DNA of 64,000 nucleotides from an uncultured Gammaproteobacteria bacterium (GTDB lineage Bacteria; Patescibacteriota; Microgenomatia; UBA8517): NCBI GenBank assembly GCA_964599625.1, contig CAZRGC010000003.1, positions 3,816 to 67,815 of the forward strand, read 5' to 3'. Shown piece by piece: positions 55,679 to 64,000 of this stretch (position 1 is its first letter; each line of letters starts with the position of its first letter). The notes under the pieces were generated by a model. It saw only the letters and a program-made list of their open reading frames with translations, ran no database searches and was not told where the DNA came from. The position numbers and the translations under genes were made by a program.

Positions 55679-57169
55679 TCAAATCTTCTCTGTAACTTTG
55701 TATTCAATATATTTTCCCAACATGAGTCTTGTATGAGCGTCGATGCCGGGAAGTGCCGAGAAGAAAAAACCTGCTATTGGCATAAGTACAAATTCAAATG
55801 GCAACAGAAGTACACGCCAGGCAGGCACCTCTTTTGGCCTTTCAGGTTTTTGAATGTTGTCTATAACTATCATTAAGACTAGGAACACGAGTGAGATTGT
55901 AAGGATGTACGAAGAAAGTTTGGGAATTGTATAGCCCAAAGCCGTTCTTCCGAATGCAGGATTCAAAAGTGTTGGTACGGTAAGCCCTAAGGTGATTATG
56001 AACCAGTTTACTGGCCACAAAAAATGGGACCATACAACTTGGAATAGCCTGGTCGTTTTATCCCAGAATGGAATGTTTCGGGCAAGCAAATAGCTTTTAA
56101 TTATCCACGGATCATCACTTACACCCCAAGCCCACCTTTGAATCTGCTGATACTGATTTTTCAGCGTTTTCCAGAAGGATGAGGACTGTGCGGCGTCAGC
56201 CAAAAGCGGTAGATATAAAGGTTCTACTTCAATGCCTCCACCCGCTTTATAAAAAGCCTTGAAAAATATGCCCCAATCCTCAGGTATTTTGTCAGGATCC
56301 CAATAGCCAACCTGATCCAAAAGTTTGAATGAAAGCGAATAGTTTTGTGCATTAATTAGCCTGTCTTTTCTGGGTAGTTGGGACAGATTCCATATGGTCA
56401 TTAAGGTATTGGGAACTCTTGTAATTGCAGGAATTTCCCAGATGTTGTTATAAAACATGACTGCAGGTTGCCAAAAAGTCTTGAATCTTTCCGGGTTATC
56501 TAAAAATTTGTATGTTAAGGCGGCAAAATGTTTTGGATGAAATCTATGGTCTGCGTCACAACTGGTAACTGTCAGGTAACTCATATCCATTTTCTTCTTG
56601 CTAATATAATTTTCTTTTATCCAGATAGCTGCAAATCTTTCGTTTGAGGCCTTGCCGGCAACCTCACCTGGAACTAGTTTATGAACAGTCATAAATATTT
56701 GATCAAATTTTGATCCAAACTTTTTTTTGATTTCCTTAAACTTTCTATCCCTGTCGACCTTGTCTTCTTTCTCTTCCATTGCCAAAACTGGAACTATTTG
56801 TTTGGTGGGTATCTCTTGGGCGGCCAGTGATCCGATCGTTCTTTCGAGTGTGTGCAACGGTTCCTTGTAGGTGGGAATAATCACTATATGTTTGACTTTT
56901 TTGTAGTCTGGAAAATCTCTCACATCCCCCATCCAGTCGTAGACTTTGGCTGCCTGAATTCTGGTATGAGATACAAGCGAAGATATTGCAATTTGAAGCG
57001 ATTGGTAGAACCAGTAGATATTAAAGAACAATATAAAGTAAGCAACAAACACAGGAAAAACAAAGATTCCCCAATATGGAAGCAGAATTAAGTTCCAGGA
57101 GACAAAACCCGGAACTATTTCCAAAAATCGCAATATTGCCTTCTCGTTTTTTATTATGAAGTCTCTCAT
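55679..57169 (-). CDS. Membrane glycosyltransferase family 2 (processive, cellulose/chitin synthase-like; D, D, D, QxxRW)
   Basis: VIIPTYKEP, TSCDADH, and QIQRWAWG (the QxxRW motif), with N- and C-terminal TM helices. Confidence 0.7.
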   Translation of the reverse strand: MRDFIIKNEKAILRFLEIVPGFVSWNLILLPYWGIFVFPVFVAYFILFFNIYWFYQSLQIAISSLVSHTRIQAAKVYDWMGDVRDFPDYKKVKHIVIIPTYKEPLHTLERTIGSLAAQEIPTKQIVPVLAMEEKEDKVDRDRKFKEIKKKFGSKFDQIFMTVHKLVPGEVAGKASNERFAAIWIKENYISKKKMDMSYLTVTSCDADHRFHPKHFAALTYKFLDNPERFKTFWQPAVMFYNNIWEIPAITRVPNTLMTIWNLSQLPRKDRLINAQNYSLSFKLLDQVGYWDPDKIPEDWGIFFKAFYKAGGGIEVEPLYLPLLADAAQSSSFWKTLKNQYQQIQRWAWGVSDDPWIIKSYLLARNIPFWDKTTRLFQVVWSHFLWPVNWFIITLGLTVPTLLNPAFGRTALGYTIPKLSSYILTISLVFLVLMIVIDNIQKPERPKEVPAWRVLLLPFEFVLMPIAGFFFSALPGIDAHTRLMLGKYIEYKVTEKI

Positions 57170-57180
57170 TTTGGTTGTGA

Positions 57181-58617
57181 CTAGACCCTAGGGAATAACG
57201 GACCACCTGTTGTTATTTTGCCTTTCCCAAATTGAACTATTATTTTGTTTGCTGTTTCGGGAAGAAAAGGTCTCAAAAGAAGCCCAATTTCAAAAACTCC
57301 CGTTGCAACATCTATCAGTATGTCGACTTTATTGCCCGTATCCTTCCAAAGCTCGTTGCTGTTTATTTGGGAGTCGAGATTTCTTATCTTTCCCCAAATC
57401 ATCTCCAGTGCCAAATCAAACCTAAATGAGTCAATTTGTTCGGAAATGTCTTTGTCGTATTTATTTACTGTTTCAGAAAGTTCAACATTGTTTAATTCGC
57501 AAAGTCTGGCAACTCTTGCCACTAAATTGCCAAGACCGTTTGCAAGGTCTCCGTTGTAAGTTTCTTCGAATTTTTCTTTTGTGAAGTCACTGTCTTCAGT
57601 GGGACTGATTTTGGCCAACAGATAATACCTCAGAGCGTCGGTGCCATACTTTTCTATATACTCAATTGGGTCGATTACGTTTCCTAGCGATTTGCTCATC
57701 TTCTGTCCGCCGGAAGTGATGAACCCATGAATGAATATTTGACGAGATGGGGGGAGACCCGCAGCAATAAGCATTGCCTGCCACATAGATGACTGCTGTC
57801 TTAGATTGTCTTTCCCCGCAACTTGAAGTGCTTTGGGCGACTCTTCAGTTCCCCAAAACTCCTTAAACTTGTCTTCGTCTTCTGGCCACCCCAAAGCAGA
57901 AATATAGTTTGTTAGAGCATCGAACCAAACATACATCACGTGTTTTTCGTCGCCAGGAACAGGAACTCCCCAAGGCATTTTTTCTTTAAGACGGGAGATG
58001 CTAAAGTCCTGCAAGCCTTCGTTTACAAAGTTCCGTATCTCACCGAGTCTGTGGGTTGGAATTACAAAAGTTGGATTATTGTTATAGTATTCCAAGAGTT
58101 TGGATTGTAATTTTGAAAACTTGAAGAAGTAGTTATCTTCTTCAATGAGTTGTACGTCGATGTTGGGATGTATGGGGCATTTGCCATCTACAAGATCTGA
58201 GTCTTGTTTTTCTAGCTCACAACCTACACAGTATTTTGCCTTGTATACACCTTTTTCTATGTAGCCATTTTTTAGACACCTTTTCCAAATCTCCTTAGCA
58301 GCTTCTTTGTGGTGTGTGTCCGTGGTTCTTATAAAGTTGTTGTATGTAAGGTTTAGCTTAGTTTTGAGAATGTCAAACTTCTTGGCATACTCGTCGGTAT
58401 ATTTTTGTGGGTCTTTACCTTCTTCGATAGCTTTCTGATATATTTTCTGACCATGCTCGTCCGTGCCCGTGTTAAAAAAAACGTTTTCGTTCAGAATGTC
58501 TTTGTGGTATCTGGCAACAACATCCGCCTGAATAATTTCGAGAGCAAAGCCTATGTGTGGTTTTGCGTTAACATAGGGTAGTGTAGTCGTGATGTAGAAA
58601 CTCTTTTTGCCTGACAT
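57181..58617 (-). CDS. metG: Methionine--tRNA ligase (minimal form)
   Basis: TTLPYVNAKPHIGFALE (HIGH-type), CPIHPNIDVQ (zinc knuckle remnant), KMSKSLGNVIDP. Confidence 0.85.
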   Translation of the reverse strand: MSGKKSFYITTTLPYVNAKPHIGFALEIIQADVVARYHKDILNENVFFNTGTDEHGQKIYQKAIEEGKDPQKYTDEYAKKFDILKTKLNLTYNNFIRTTDTHHKEAAKEIWKRCLKNGYIEKGVYKAKYCVGCELEKQDSDLVDGKCPIHPNIDVQLIEEDNYFFKFSKLQSKLLEYYNNNPTFVIPTHRLGEIRNFVNEGLQDFSISRLKEKMPWGVPVPGDEKHVMYVWFDALTNYISALGWPEDEDKFKEFWGTEESPKALQVAGKDNLRQQSSMWQAMLIAAGLPPSRQIFIHGFITSGGQKMSKSLGNVIDPIEYIEKYGTDALRYYLLAKISPTEDSDFTKEKFEETYNGDLANGLGNLVARVARLCELNNVELSETVNKYDKDISEQIDSFRFDLALEMIWGKIRNLDSQINSNELWKDTGNKVDILIDVATGVFEIGLLLRPFLPETANKIIVQFGKGKITTGGPLFPRV

Positions 58618-58629
58618 GAGCCTATTATA

Positions 58630-58971
58630 CTAGCTTCGAAGTCTGGTTCCTAGGTTTTTTATCTTTTCCGCCCAAACATTAGCCCACTCTTCAGCCTCAA
58701 TCTTTTTGATTCCAAGCCTGACACCAGGCTTTTTTAAAGCAGTTTTTGCCTCCATTATGTCTTTGTCGGTCGCCGACAGGTTGTTTTTAATATTCTCGCT
58801 CGTCCTGCCCTTTTTGAGCCAGTAAACCACCGATATTCTTTTTAAAAGCTTTTCAAACTCATTCTCCGTTAGAAAGTCGGTCCAAAACAGTGACATTTCT
58901 TCTTTTTGGGATAAGTCATTAAGCATTTGGAAGAATGTTTTTGTCAGACCTTTTTTTAGAGACTTGTTCAT
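58630..58971 (-). CDS. Small HTH protein, YerC/TrpR-like candidate
   Basis: 113 aa. ...YWLKKGRTSENIKNNLSATDKDIME... resembles the TrpR/YerC helix-turn-helix. Confidence 0.3.
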   Translation of the reverse strand: MNKSLKKGLTKTFFQMLNDLSQKEEMSLFWTDFLTENEFEKLLKRISVVYWLKKGRTSENIKNNLSATDKDIMEAKTALKKPGVRLGIKKIEAEEWANVWAEKIKNLGTRLRS

Positions 58972-59324
58972 TTTGTGGAAAAATATAGCTCAACACAAAA
59001 AGCAATTGCAACTATCAATATAAGATTGAGGTAGTTGCCTACCCCAACATAGCTTAGAAAAAGATAGGTTATTCCAGACACGGCGCATATAAGGCCACGC
59101 CTTCCAGAAGCAAATATCAGCGAAAAAGTAAATAGCATCGTCAGGAATGCTAGTATAAAAAAGAAAAAAACCGCACCAAAAATTCCCGGGTCGACAAAGT
59201 AGATAACACCAACTGTTGTTAACCAAAGGATTGTTGTAATAAACAGTGTTGGGAGGAAGTTTTTTCTTTTAAGGATTTGTTCGTTGCCTCGTTTACGCTT
59301 TGGCCGAGTTGGTATAATTGACAT
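58968..59324 (-). CDS. Small multi-TM membrane protein, hypothetical
   Basis: Start taken at the internal ATG (MSIIPTRPKRKRG...) to avoid an antisense overlap with rmuC. 3 TM helices. Confidence 0.3.
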   Translation of the reverse strand: MSIIPTRPKRKRGNEQILKRKNFLPTLFITTILWLTTVGVIYFVDPGIFGAVFFFFILAFLTMLFTFSLIFASGRRGLICAVSGITYLFLSYVGVGNYLNLILIVAIAFCVELYFSTK

Positions 59325-60314
59325 ATGGATATTGTTTTCGTACTTATTATATTGCTTGTATCGTTGCTTTTGCTCGCCATTTATCTTGGTAGAAAAATAA
59401 CCCAAATTTCAGAAAAACAAAGACCTTCCGATGAATTACTAAAAGTAATTCAAACACTGCAAACTGGTTCCAGGGAGGACAGGAGAGACCTACTTATATC
59501 ATTGCAAAAAAACACCGACGCTGTGAACATTCGTTTAGATACTGCAGCAAAGGTTATTGCTCAGGTGCAAAGAGACTTGGGCGAGATGAGCGAGATAGGG
59601 AAGGGGATTAGAACTTTGCAGGATTTTTTACAGTCACCAAAACTCCGGGGTGGGCTAGGGGAGGAGGTTTTGAAAGAGATGATTGGTCAAACTTTTCCAA
59701 AAAACGCATTCCATTTGCAATACTCGTTCAGGTCTGGTGCAAAAGTTGATGCGGTATTAAAAACCGAAGCAGGACTTCTTTGTATTGATTCCAAGTTTCC
59801 GATGGAAAACTTCAACCTAATGGTTAAAGGAGAAAAAGAACTGGACAGAAATATTGCAAAAAAAGCTTTCGTTGCCGATGTCAAAAAACATATTGATGAC
59901 ATATCCAAAAAATATATCCTTCCTGAGGAGGGGACAATGGACTTTGCGTTGATGTATATTCCATCTGAATCTGTATACTACGAAGTGGTCAACATCCACG
60001 AACTTTCTAGCTTTGCTCGTAACAGTCGAGTGTATCCGGTTTCACCCAATACACTTTATGCTCACTTACAAGTACTTTTGCTCTCGTTTGAAGGTAAAGA
60101 ACTGGAAACAAAATCCAGAGAGTTGTTTAAAATCCTAAGGGGTATGCAGAAAGACTACCTTAAGATTGATGATTCTTTGGGTATTCTTCAAAAACATATA
60201 ACAAATGCCCAAAACACCATGACAAATGTGCAATCGTCTTTTAAAACATTGGGTCAAAAAATGAACTCTTCTCAGAAGATTGACGTTGAAGATGTAAATC
60301 AGTTAAAAAAGTAA
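59325..60314 (+). CDS. rmuC: DNA recombination protein RmuC
   Basis: N-terminal TM helix, a long coiled-coil, and a C-terminal RmuC nuclease-like domain (KVDAVLKTEAGLLCIDSKFP...YIPSESVYYE). Confidence 0.7.
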   Translation: MDIVFVLIILLVSLLLLAIYLGRKITQISEKQRPSDELLKVIQTLQTGSREDRRDLLISLQKNTDAVNIRLDTAAKVIAQVQRDLGEMSEIGKGIRTLQDFLQSPKLRGGLGEEVLKEMIGQTFPKNAFHLQYSFRSGAKVDAVLKTEAGLLCIDSKFPMENFNLMVKGEKELDRNIAKKAFVADVKKHIDDISKKYILPEEGTMDFALMYIPSESVYYEVVNIHELSSFARNSRVYPVSPNTLYAHLQVLLLSFEGKELETKSRELFKILRGMQKDYLKIDDSLGILQKHITNAQNTMTNVQSSFKTLGQKMNSSQKIDVEDVNQLKK

Positions 60315-60353
60315 CCAGCATTTGGTATTCCAAAGAGGCTGGTTACTTTCGAC

Positions 60354-60788
60354 TTAACGACCGCTTGTGATGTATCTCTCCAGATCTGCAACTAAAAGAT
60401 CGTAAGAAAGGGCAATGTCTTTGATCGAAATTATTCCGACCAAATCTCCTTTTTCAAGGACGGGCAAGTGCCTGACGTTTTGATCACGCATCATATCAAG
60501 ACATTCTTTGAAAGTTGTTGTCGGGGTAACGGTTATTATCCGTTCCCTGGGAGTCATTATTTCTCCAACTTTGGTTTTTTGCGGATCTTTTCCTTCCAAA
60601 ACAACCTTCCATGATATGTCCCGTTCGGAAAGTAGTCCGACGAAACGGTCCTCGTCATCTATTATGAGAAGCGAACTTATGTTCAGCTTTTTCATTGTGC
60701 CAACCGCTTCTGTGACGTTTGCGGTGGGGGGAACCTGGACAACTCCTTTTTCAGGGAATCGTCTTAATAACATTCCAACTGTCGACAT
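60354..60788 (-). CDS. CBS-domain pair protein
   Basis: Two CBS repeats (…ISSLLIIDDEDRFVGLLSERDI… and …HLPVLEKGDLVGIISIKDI…). Confidence 0.7.
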   Translation of the reverse strand: MSTVGMLLRRFPEKGVVQVPPTANVTEAVGTMKKLNISSLLIIDDEDRFVGLLSERDISWKVVLEGKDPQKTKVGEIMTPRERIITVTPTTTFKECLDMMRDQNVRHLPVLEKGDLVGIISIKDIALSYDLLVADLERYITSGR

Positions 60789-60899
60789 TTATCAACTCCT
60801 CGTGGTCCTCCAAAAGTGCCAGATGCAATAAATGGACCAGGTTTTGGCATTATACCAAAACAATTTTGAAAATATTTCCGTGATACAATTCTCATTGAA

Positions 60900-63812
60900 A
60901 TGACCGGACTAAAGTCTCCAAAGGTAAACAAAGAACAGGAGAAAGCCATAAAGCACGGCGATGGTCCGCTTTTGATTATTGCAGGCGCAGGCACTGGTAA
61001 AACAACAGTTGTTACGGAGAGGATCAAGTATCTTATTCTTTCAAAAAAAGCCAAACCTTCCGAGATTCTAGCATTAACATTCACCGAAAAAGCTGCCAGG
61101 GAAATGGAAGAAAGAGTCGATATTGGTATGCCTTACGGATATTCCCAAATGTGGATAATGACCTTTCATTCATTCTGCGACAAAATCTTGCGCAGAGAAG
61201 GGCTGCATATAGGTTTGAACCCCTCATACAAACTTTTGACTGATGGAGAGTCAGCAAGATTTTTCCGCAAAAAACTTTTTGATTTTGATATTGATTATTT
61301 CAGACCTCTTGGAAATCCAACAAAATTTATAGATGCGATTCTTCAACATTTCTCAAGACTTACAGATGAAGACATAAGTCCTGAAGTTTACAGCCTCTGG
61401 ACTGACAAGCTCAAAAATGAAACTGAGGAAGAAAAGCTGGAATATAAAAAATACAAAGAACTTTCAAGCTTGTACAAGACCTATACTGATTTAAAAATAA
61501 AAGAAGGTTATTTTGAATTTGGAGACTTAATTACACAATGTCTCAAGTTGTTTAGAAACAGACCGAATATTCTTGGTGAGTATAAAAGACAGTTTAAATA
61601 TATTTTGGTTGATGAGTTTCAGGACACTAATTATTCCCAGAACGAAATTGTTAAATTGTTGGCTGGCGAAAACGGAAATATAACAGTCGTAGCTGATGAC
61701 GACCAAAGTATCTATAGATTTAGAGGGGCGGCGGTCAGTAACGTAATACAGTTTAGGAATAGTTTTCCCAAGACCAATGTTGTTGTATTGACCAAAAACT
61801 ACCGTTCTACTCAGGAAATTCTCGACAGCTCCTATAAATTGATCCAATTTAACAATCCAGACAGGTTGGAGGTTGTTGAAAAAATAGACAAAAAACTCAA
61901 GAGTCAGCTTGTTGAAACCGGAGATGTGCCCGAATTTATCCACGCAGATAGGGTTGAGAATGAAGCTGAAAGTGTCGCAAAAAAAGTAGAGGAGCTGGTT
62001 GAATCTGAAGGATACTCATATAAAGATTTCGCAGTTTTGGTAAGAGCTAATACTCATGCAGATCCATTTGTAAAGTCGTTTAACAGAAACGGAATACCTT
62101 CTCAGTTTTTGGGGCCTGGTCGGCTTTTTAAACAACCGGAGGTTTTGGACCTGATTGCTTATCTAAAGGTGCTTTACAATCCGGAAGACTCCATATCACT
62201 CTACCGTGTCTTGGCCATAGACTATTTTGAAATCGCGGGAAATGATCTTGTAAGTCTGAGTAACGCGGCAAGGAAGACAAACCAGTCTTTGTATGATGTT
62301 GCGGTAAAAGTAGAGAGCGAAGATATTTCGGAAAAGTCAAAAGCAAGTATACAAAAGTTGATCAAAATCATCAAAAAACATCAAAATCTTGGAAAAATAG
62401 AAACAGCAGGAAGAATTTTATATTTATTCCTTGAAGAATCAGGGATGCTAACTTACTTACTTCGGTCAGAGACCGAAACTGCGGAAAAAAAGTCGATAAA
62501 CATTGCCAAGTTTTTTGACAAACTCAAATCGTTTGAATCTGCAAACGACACAGCAAGTGTATCTGAAGTTGTTGATTTTCTTGATCTATCTTTGGAAACT
62601 GGCGAGAGTCCTTTGGCAGCCGACAGTGATTGGACCGAAAACGACGCAGTAAATATTTTAACCGTTCACTCGTCAAAGGGTTTGGAGTTTCCTGTGGTAT
62701 TTATTGTAAATCTTGTGGCACAGCGCTTTCCGACGACCGATAGGAGAGAAGCAATTCCGATACCCCAAGAACTCATACGCGAGATACTGCCGGTTGGTGA
62801 TTATCATATTGAGGAAGAAAGAAGACTTTTTTATGTAGGAATTACACGGGCAAAAAAGAGATTGTATCTTACTGCTTCAGATTTCTATGGGGATGGCAAG
62901 CGAGCCAAAAAGCTTTCGCCTTTTGTTTACGAAGCGTTGGAATTGGACACGTTCGACAAAAAACTCAACAAGAACAAAAATGAGCAACTTACTTTTTTGG
63001 AATACAAACCAAAGGATGTTGAGCAAAGTTTGAAAAGTGAACATTATAAAGTGACATATTTGTCATATTCGGATATTGAAACTTTTGAGACATGTCCTTT
63101 GCACTACAAACTCTCAAAAATATTCAGGTTGCCGGCACCCCCTTCTGCATCTGCTAGTTTTGGCGTAAGTGTACACGCTTCACTAAGAGAATTTTTCGAA
63201 TCAGTAACCACGGGGAAAAAGCCGACGGAAAAAATAATGTTTGATATTTTAGAGAAAAATTGGGTAAGTAAAGGCTTCATAGATAAAAAACAGGAAAGAG
63301 ATTTCTTTGAAAAGGGGAGAATGTACTTGTCAGGGTTTTTGAGACAAGGTTTTGTAAAACAAAAGTTGCCGGTTTTGATGGAGGAAAAATTTTCTTTCCC
63401 GTTGAAAAATGCCAAAGGTGAACGAATTTTGGTAGGAGGAACAATTGACAGGGTAGACGACCTGGGAGATGGAAATATAGAGATAATAGACTACAAAACA
63501 AGCGCAAACATTCCGAGTCAAAAAGAAGTGGACAAAAATATGCAATTAAGCTTTTATGCGTTAGCTGCGACTTTGTCTGGAAATAAGTACTTCATCAAAT
63601 CTCCTGACCAAATCAAGTTGTCGCTTTACTATTTGGATACGCAGGAGAAGTTCACAACAACAAGAACAAAAAAACAACTGGAGGATACTATAGAGAAGAT
63701 TTTTGAGACAAAGGACGCTATCGAGGCCTCTAGTTTCAAATGTTCCGGCCATATGTTTTGCAAGAATGGCTGTGAATTTTCTATGTTTTGTAAAGAAGAT
63801 GCAGAAGTCTAA
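60900..63812 (+). CDS. UvrD/PcrA-family ATP-dependent DNA helicase fused to a C-terminal PD-(D/E)XK nuclease domain with a Cys4 cluster (AddAB/Cas4-like)
   Basis: Walker A AGAGTGKTTV, motifs Ia/II (VDEFQDTN), motif VI (VGITRAKKRLYL). C-terminal ...GGTIDRVDDLGDGNIEIIDYKTS... (D/ExK). Cys at CPLHYK and CSGHMFCKNGC resemble the AddB/Cas4 Fe-S ligands. Confidence 0.75.
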   Translation: MTGLKSPKVNKEQEKAIKHGDGPLLIIAGAGTGKTTVVTERIKYLILSKKAKPSEILALTFTEKAAREMEERVDIGMPYGYSQMWIMTFHSFCDKILRREGLHIGLNPSYKLLTDGESARFFRKKLFDFDIDYFRPLGNPTKFIDAILQHFSRLTDEDISPEVYSLWTDKLKNETEEEKLEYKKYKELSSLYKTYTDLKIKEGYFEFGDLITQCLKLFRNRPNILGEYKRQFKYILVDEFQDTNYSQNEIVKLLAGENGNITVVADDDQSIYRFRGAAVSNVIQFRNSFPKTNVVVLTKNYRSTQEILDSSYKLIQFNNPDRLEVVEKIDKKLKSQLVETGDVPEFIHADRVENEAESVAKKVEELVESEGYSYKDFAVLVRANTHADPFVKSFNRNGIPSQFLGPGRLFKQPEVLDLIAYLKVLYNPEDSISLYRVLAIDYFEIAGNDLVSLSNAARKTNQSLYDVAVKVESEDISEKSKASIQKLIKIIKKHQNLGKIETAGRILYLFLEESGMLTYLLRSETETAEKKSINIAKFFDKLKSFESANDTASVSEVVDFLDLSLETGESPLAADSDWTENDAVNILTVHSSKGLEFPVVFIVNLVAQRFPTTDRREAIPIPQELIREILPVGDYHIEEERRLFYVGITRAKKRLYLTASDFYGDGKRAKKLSPFVYEALELDTFDKKLNKNKNEQLTFLEYKPKDVEQSLKSEHYKVTYLSYSDIETFETCPLHYKLSKIFRLPAPPSASASFGVSVHASLREFFESVTTGKKPTEKIMFDILEKNWVSKGFIDKKQERDFFEKGRMYLSGFLRQGFVKQKLPVLMEEKFSFPLKNAKGERILVGGTIDRVDDLGDGNIEIIDYKTSANIPSQKEVDKNMQLSFYALAATLSGNKYFIKSPDQIKLSLYYLDTQEKFTTTRTKKQLEDTIEKIFETKDAIEASSFKCSGHMFCKNGCEFSMFCKEDAEV

Positions 63813-64000
63813 TGAAATATCAGTATTTGTATGTGGTCTAGTTTTTTAAGCAAAAGAGTAAACCTTTTATCTGTTAATACAATTTTTTCTCCGGGCACCA
63901 AAATTATTTCTTTTCCGTCTTGTGCAACCACAAACGGACCACCGTTAACAGGACTATCCAAAAAAATAGTGGTTTTTTCTCCTTGAGTGTGAATATGCAG
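63809..64000 (-). CDS. C-terminal fragment of a minus-strand gene continuing beyond the window end; hypothetical
   Basis: Manual translation from 64000 down gives ...GEKTTIFLDSPVNGGPFVVAQDGKEIILVPGEKIVLTDKRF... with a stop at 63809-63811, overlapping the helicase stop. Confidence 0.25.
   Translation of the reverse strand: MHIHTQGEKTTIFLDSPVNGGPFVVAQDGKEIILVPGEKIVLTDKRFTLLLKKLDHIQILIFH

Noticed and set aside
1-64000. CRISPR arrays, rRNA genes, IS elements/transposases
   Set aside because: I found no short regularly spaced direct repeats, no rRNA-like conserved stretches, and no transposase- or integrase-like ORFs on either strand.

Overview
This 64 kb window looks like chromosomal DNA flanking the replication origin of a small-genome, CPR/Patescibacteria-like bacterium. 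The identification is inferred from gene content alone; the sequence itself gives no taxonomic label.

The origin block is (-)dnaN, an AT-rich gap with DnaA boxes, (-)dnaA, then (+)rpmH-rnpA-yidD-yidC-jag.

The most striking feature is an ~18 kb cluster (about 3.2-21.2 kb) that encodes a type IV secretion (T4SS)-like envelope apparatus. Its parts are:
- eight tandem paralogous small pilin-like proteins, each with a signal peptide and two transmembrane helices (VirB2/TrbC-like, resembling the T4SS_pilin family)
- an 891-aa Cys-rich secreted protein whose C-terminus looks like a family-1 lytic transglycosylase (VirB1 analogue)
- a 599-aa polytopic membrane protein (VirB6/TrbL-like)
- a PrgI/VirB3-like protein fused to a Pro-rich linker and a beta-sandwich domain
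- a VirB4-family ATPase that appears split across two ORFs at a poly-A tract, with a ~90-aa Pro/Thr-rich linker
- a 942-aa membrane protein with a Gly/Ala-rich transmembrane block and a C-terminal Cys-rich HExxH metallopeptidase-like domain
- a divergently oriented 1065-aa orphan protein that I cannot assign

No VirD4 coupling protein, relaxase or VirB11 is visible in the window. That fits a non-conjugative, CPR-type T4SS, possibly for host interaction or DNA uptake.

The rest of the window holds housekeeping genes (valS, metG, tsaD, a tsaC-tsaE fusion, groES/groEL, rplY, rnhA, an alkA-like gene, hsp20, rmuC, a UvrD-nuclease), a tRNA-Cys, and cell-envelope genes. The envelope genes include SpoIID-like, M23 peptidase, VanW, PEGA/SH3b, DUF4012, and a glycan cluster (UbiA/DPPRS-like, WecA/MraY-like, GT39/ArnT-like, UXS, GT2). 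There is also a T-box-like element upstream of valS.

I saw no CRISPR array, rRNA gene or obvious mobile element.
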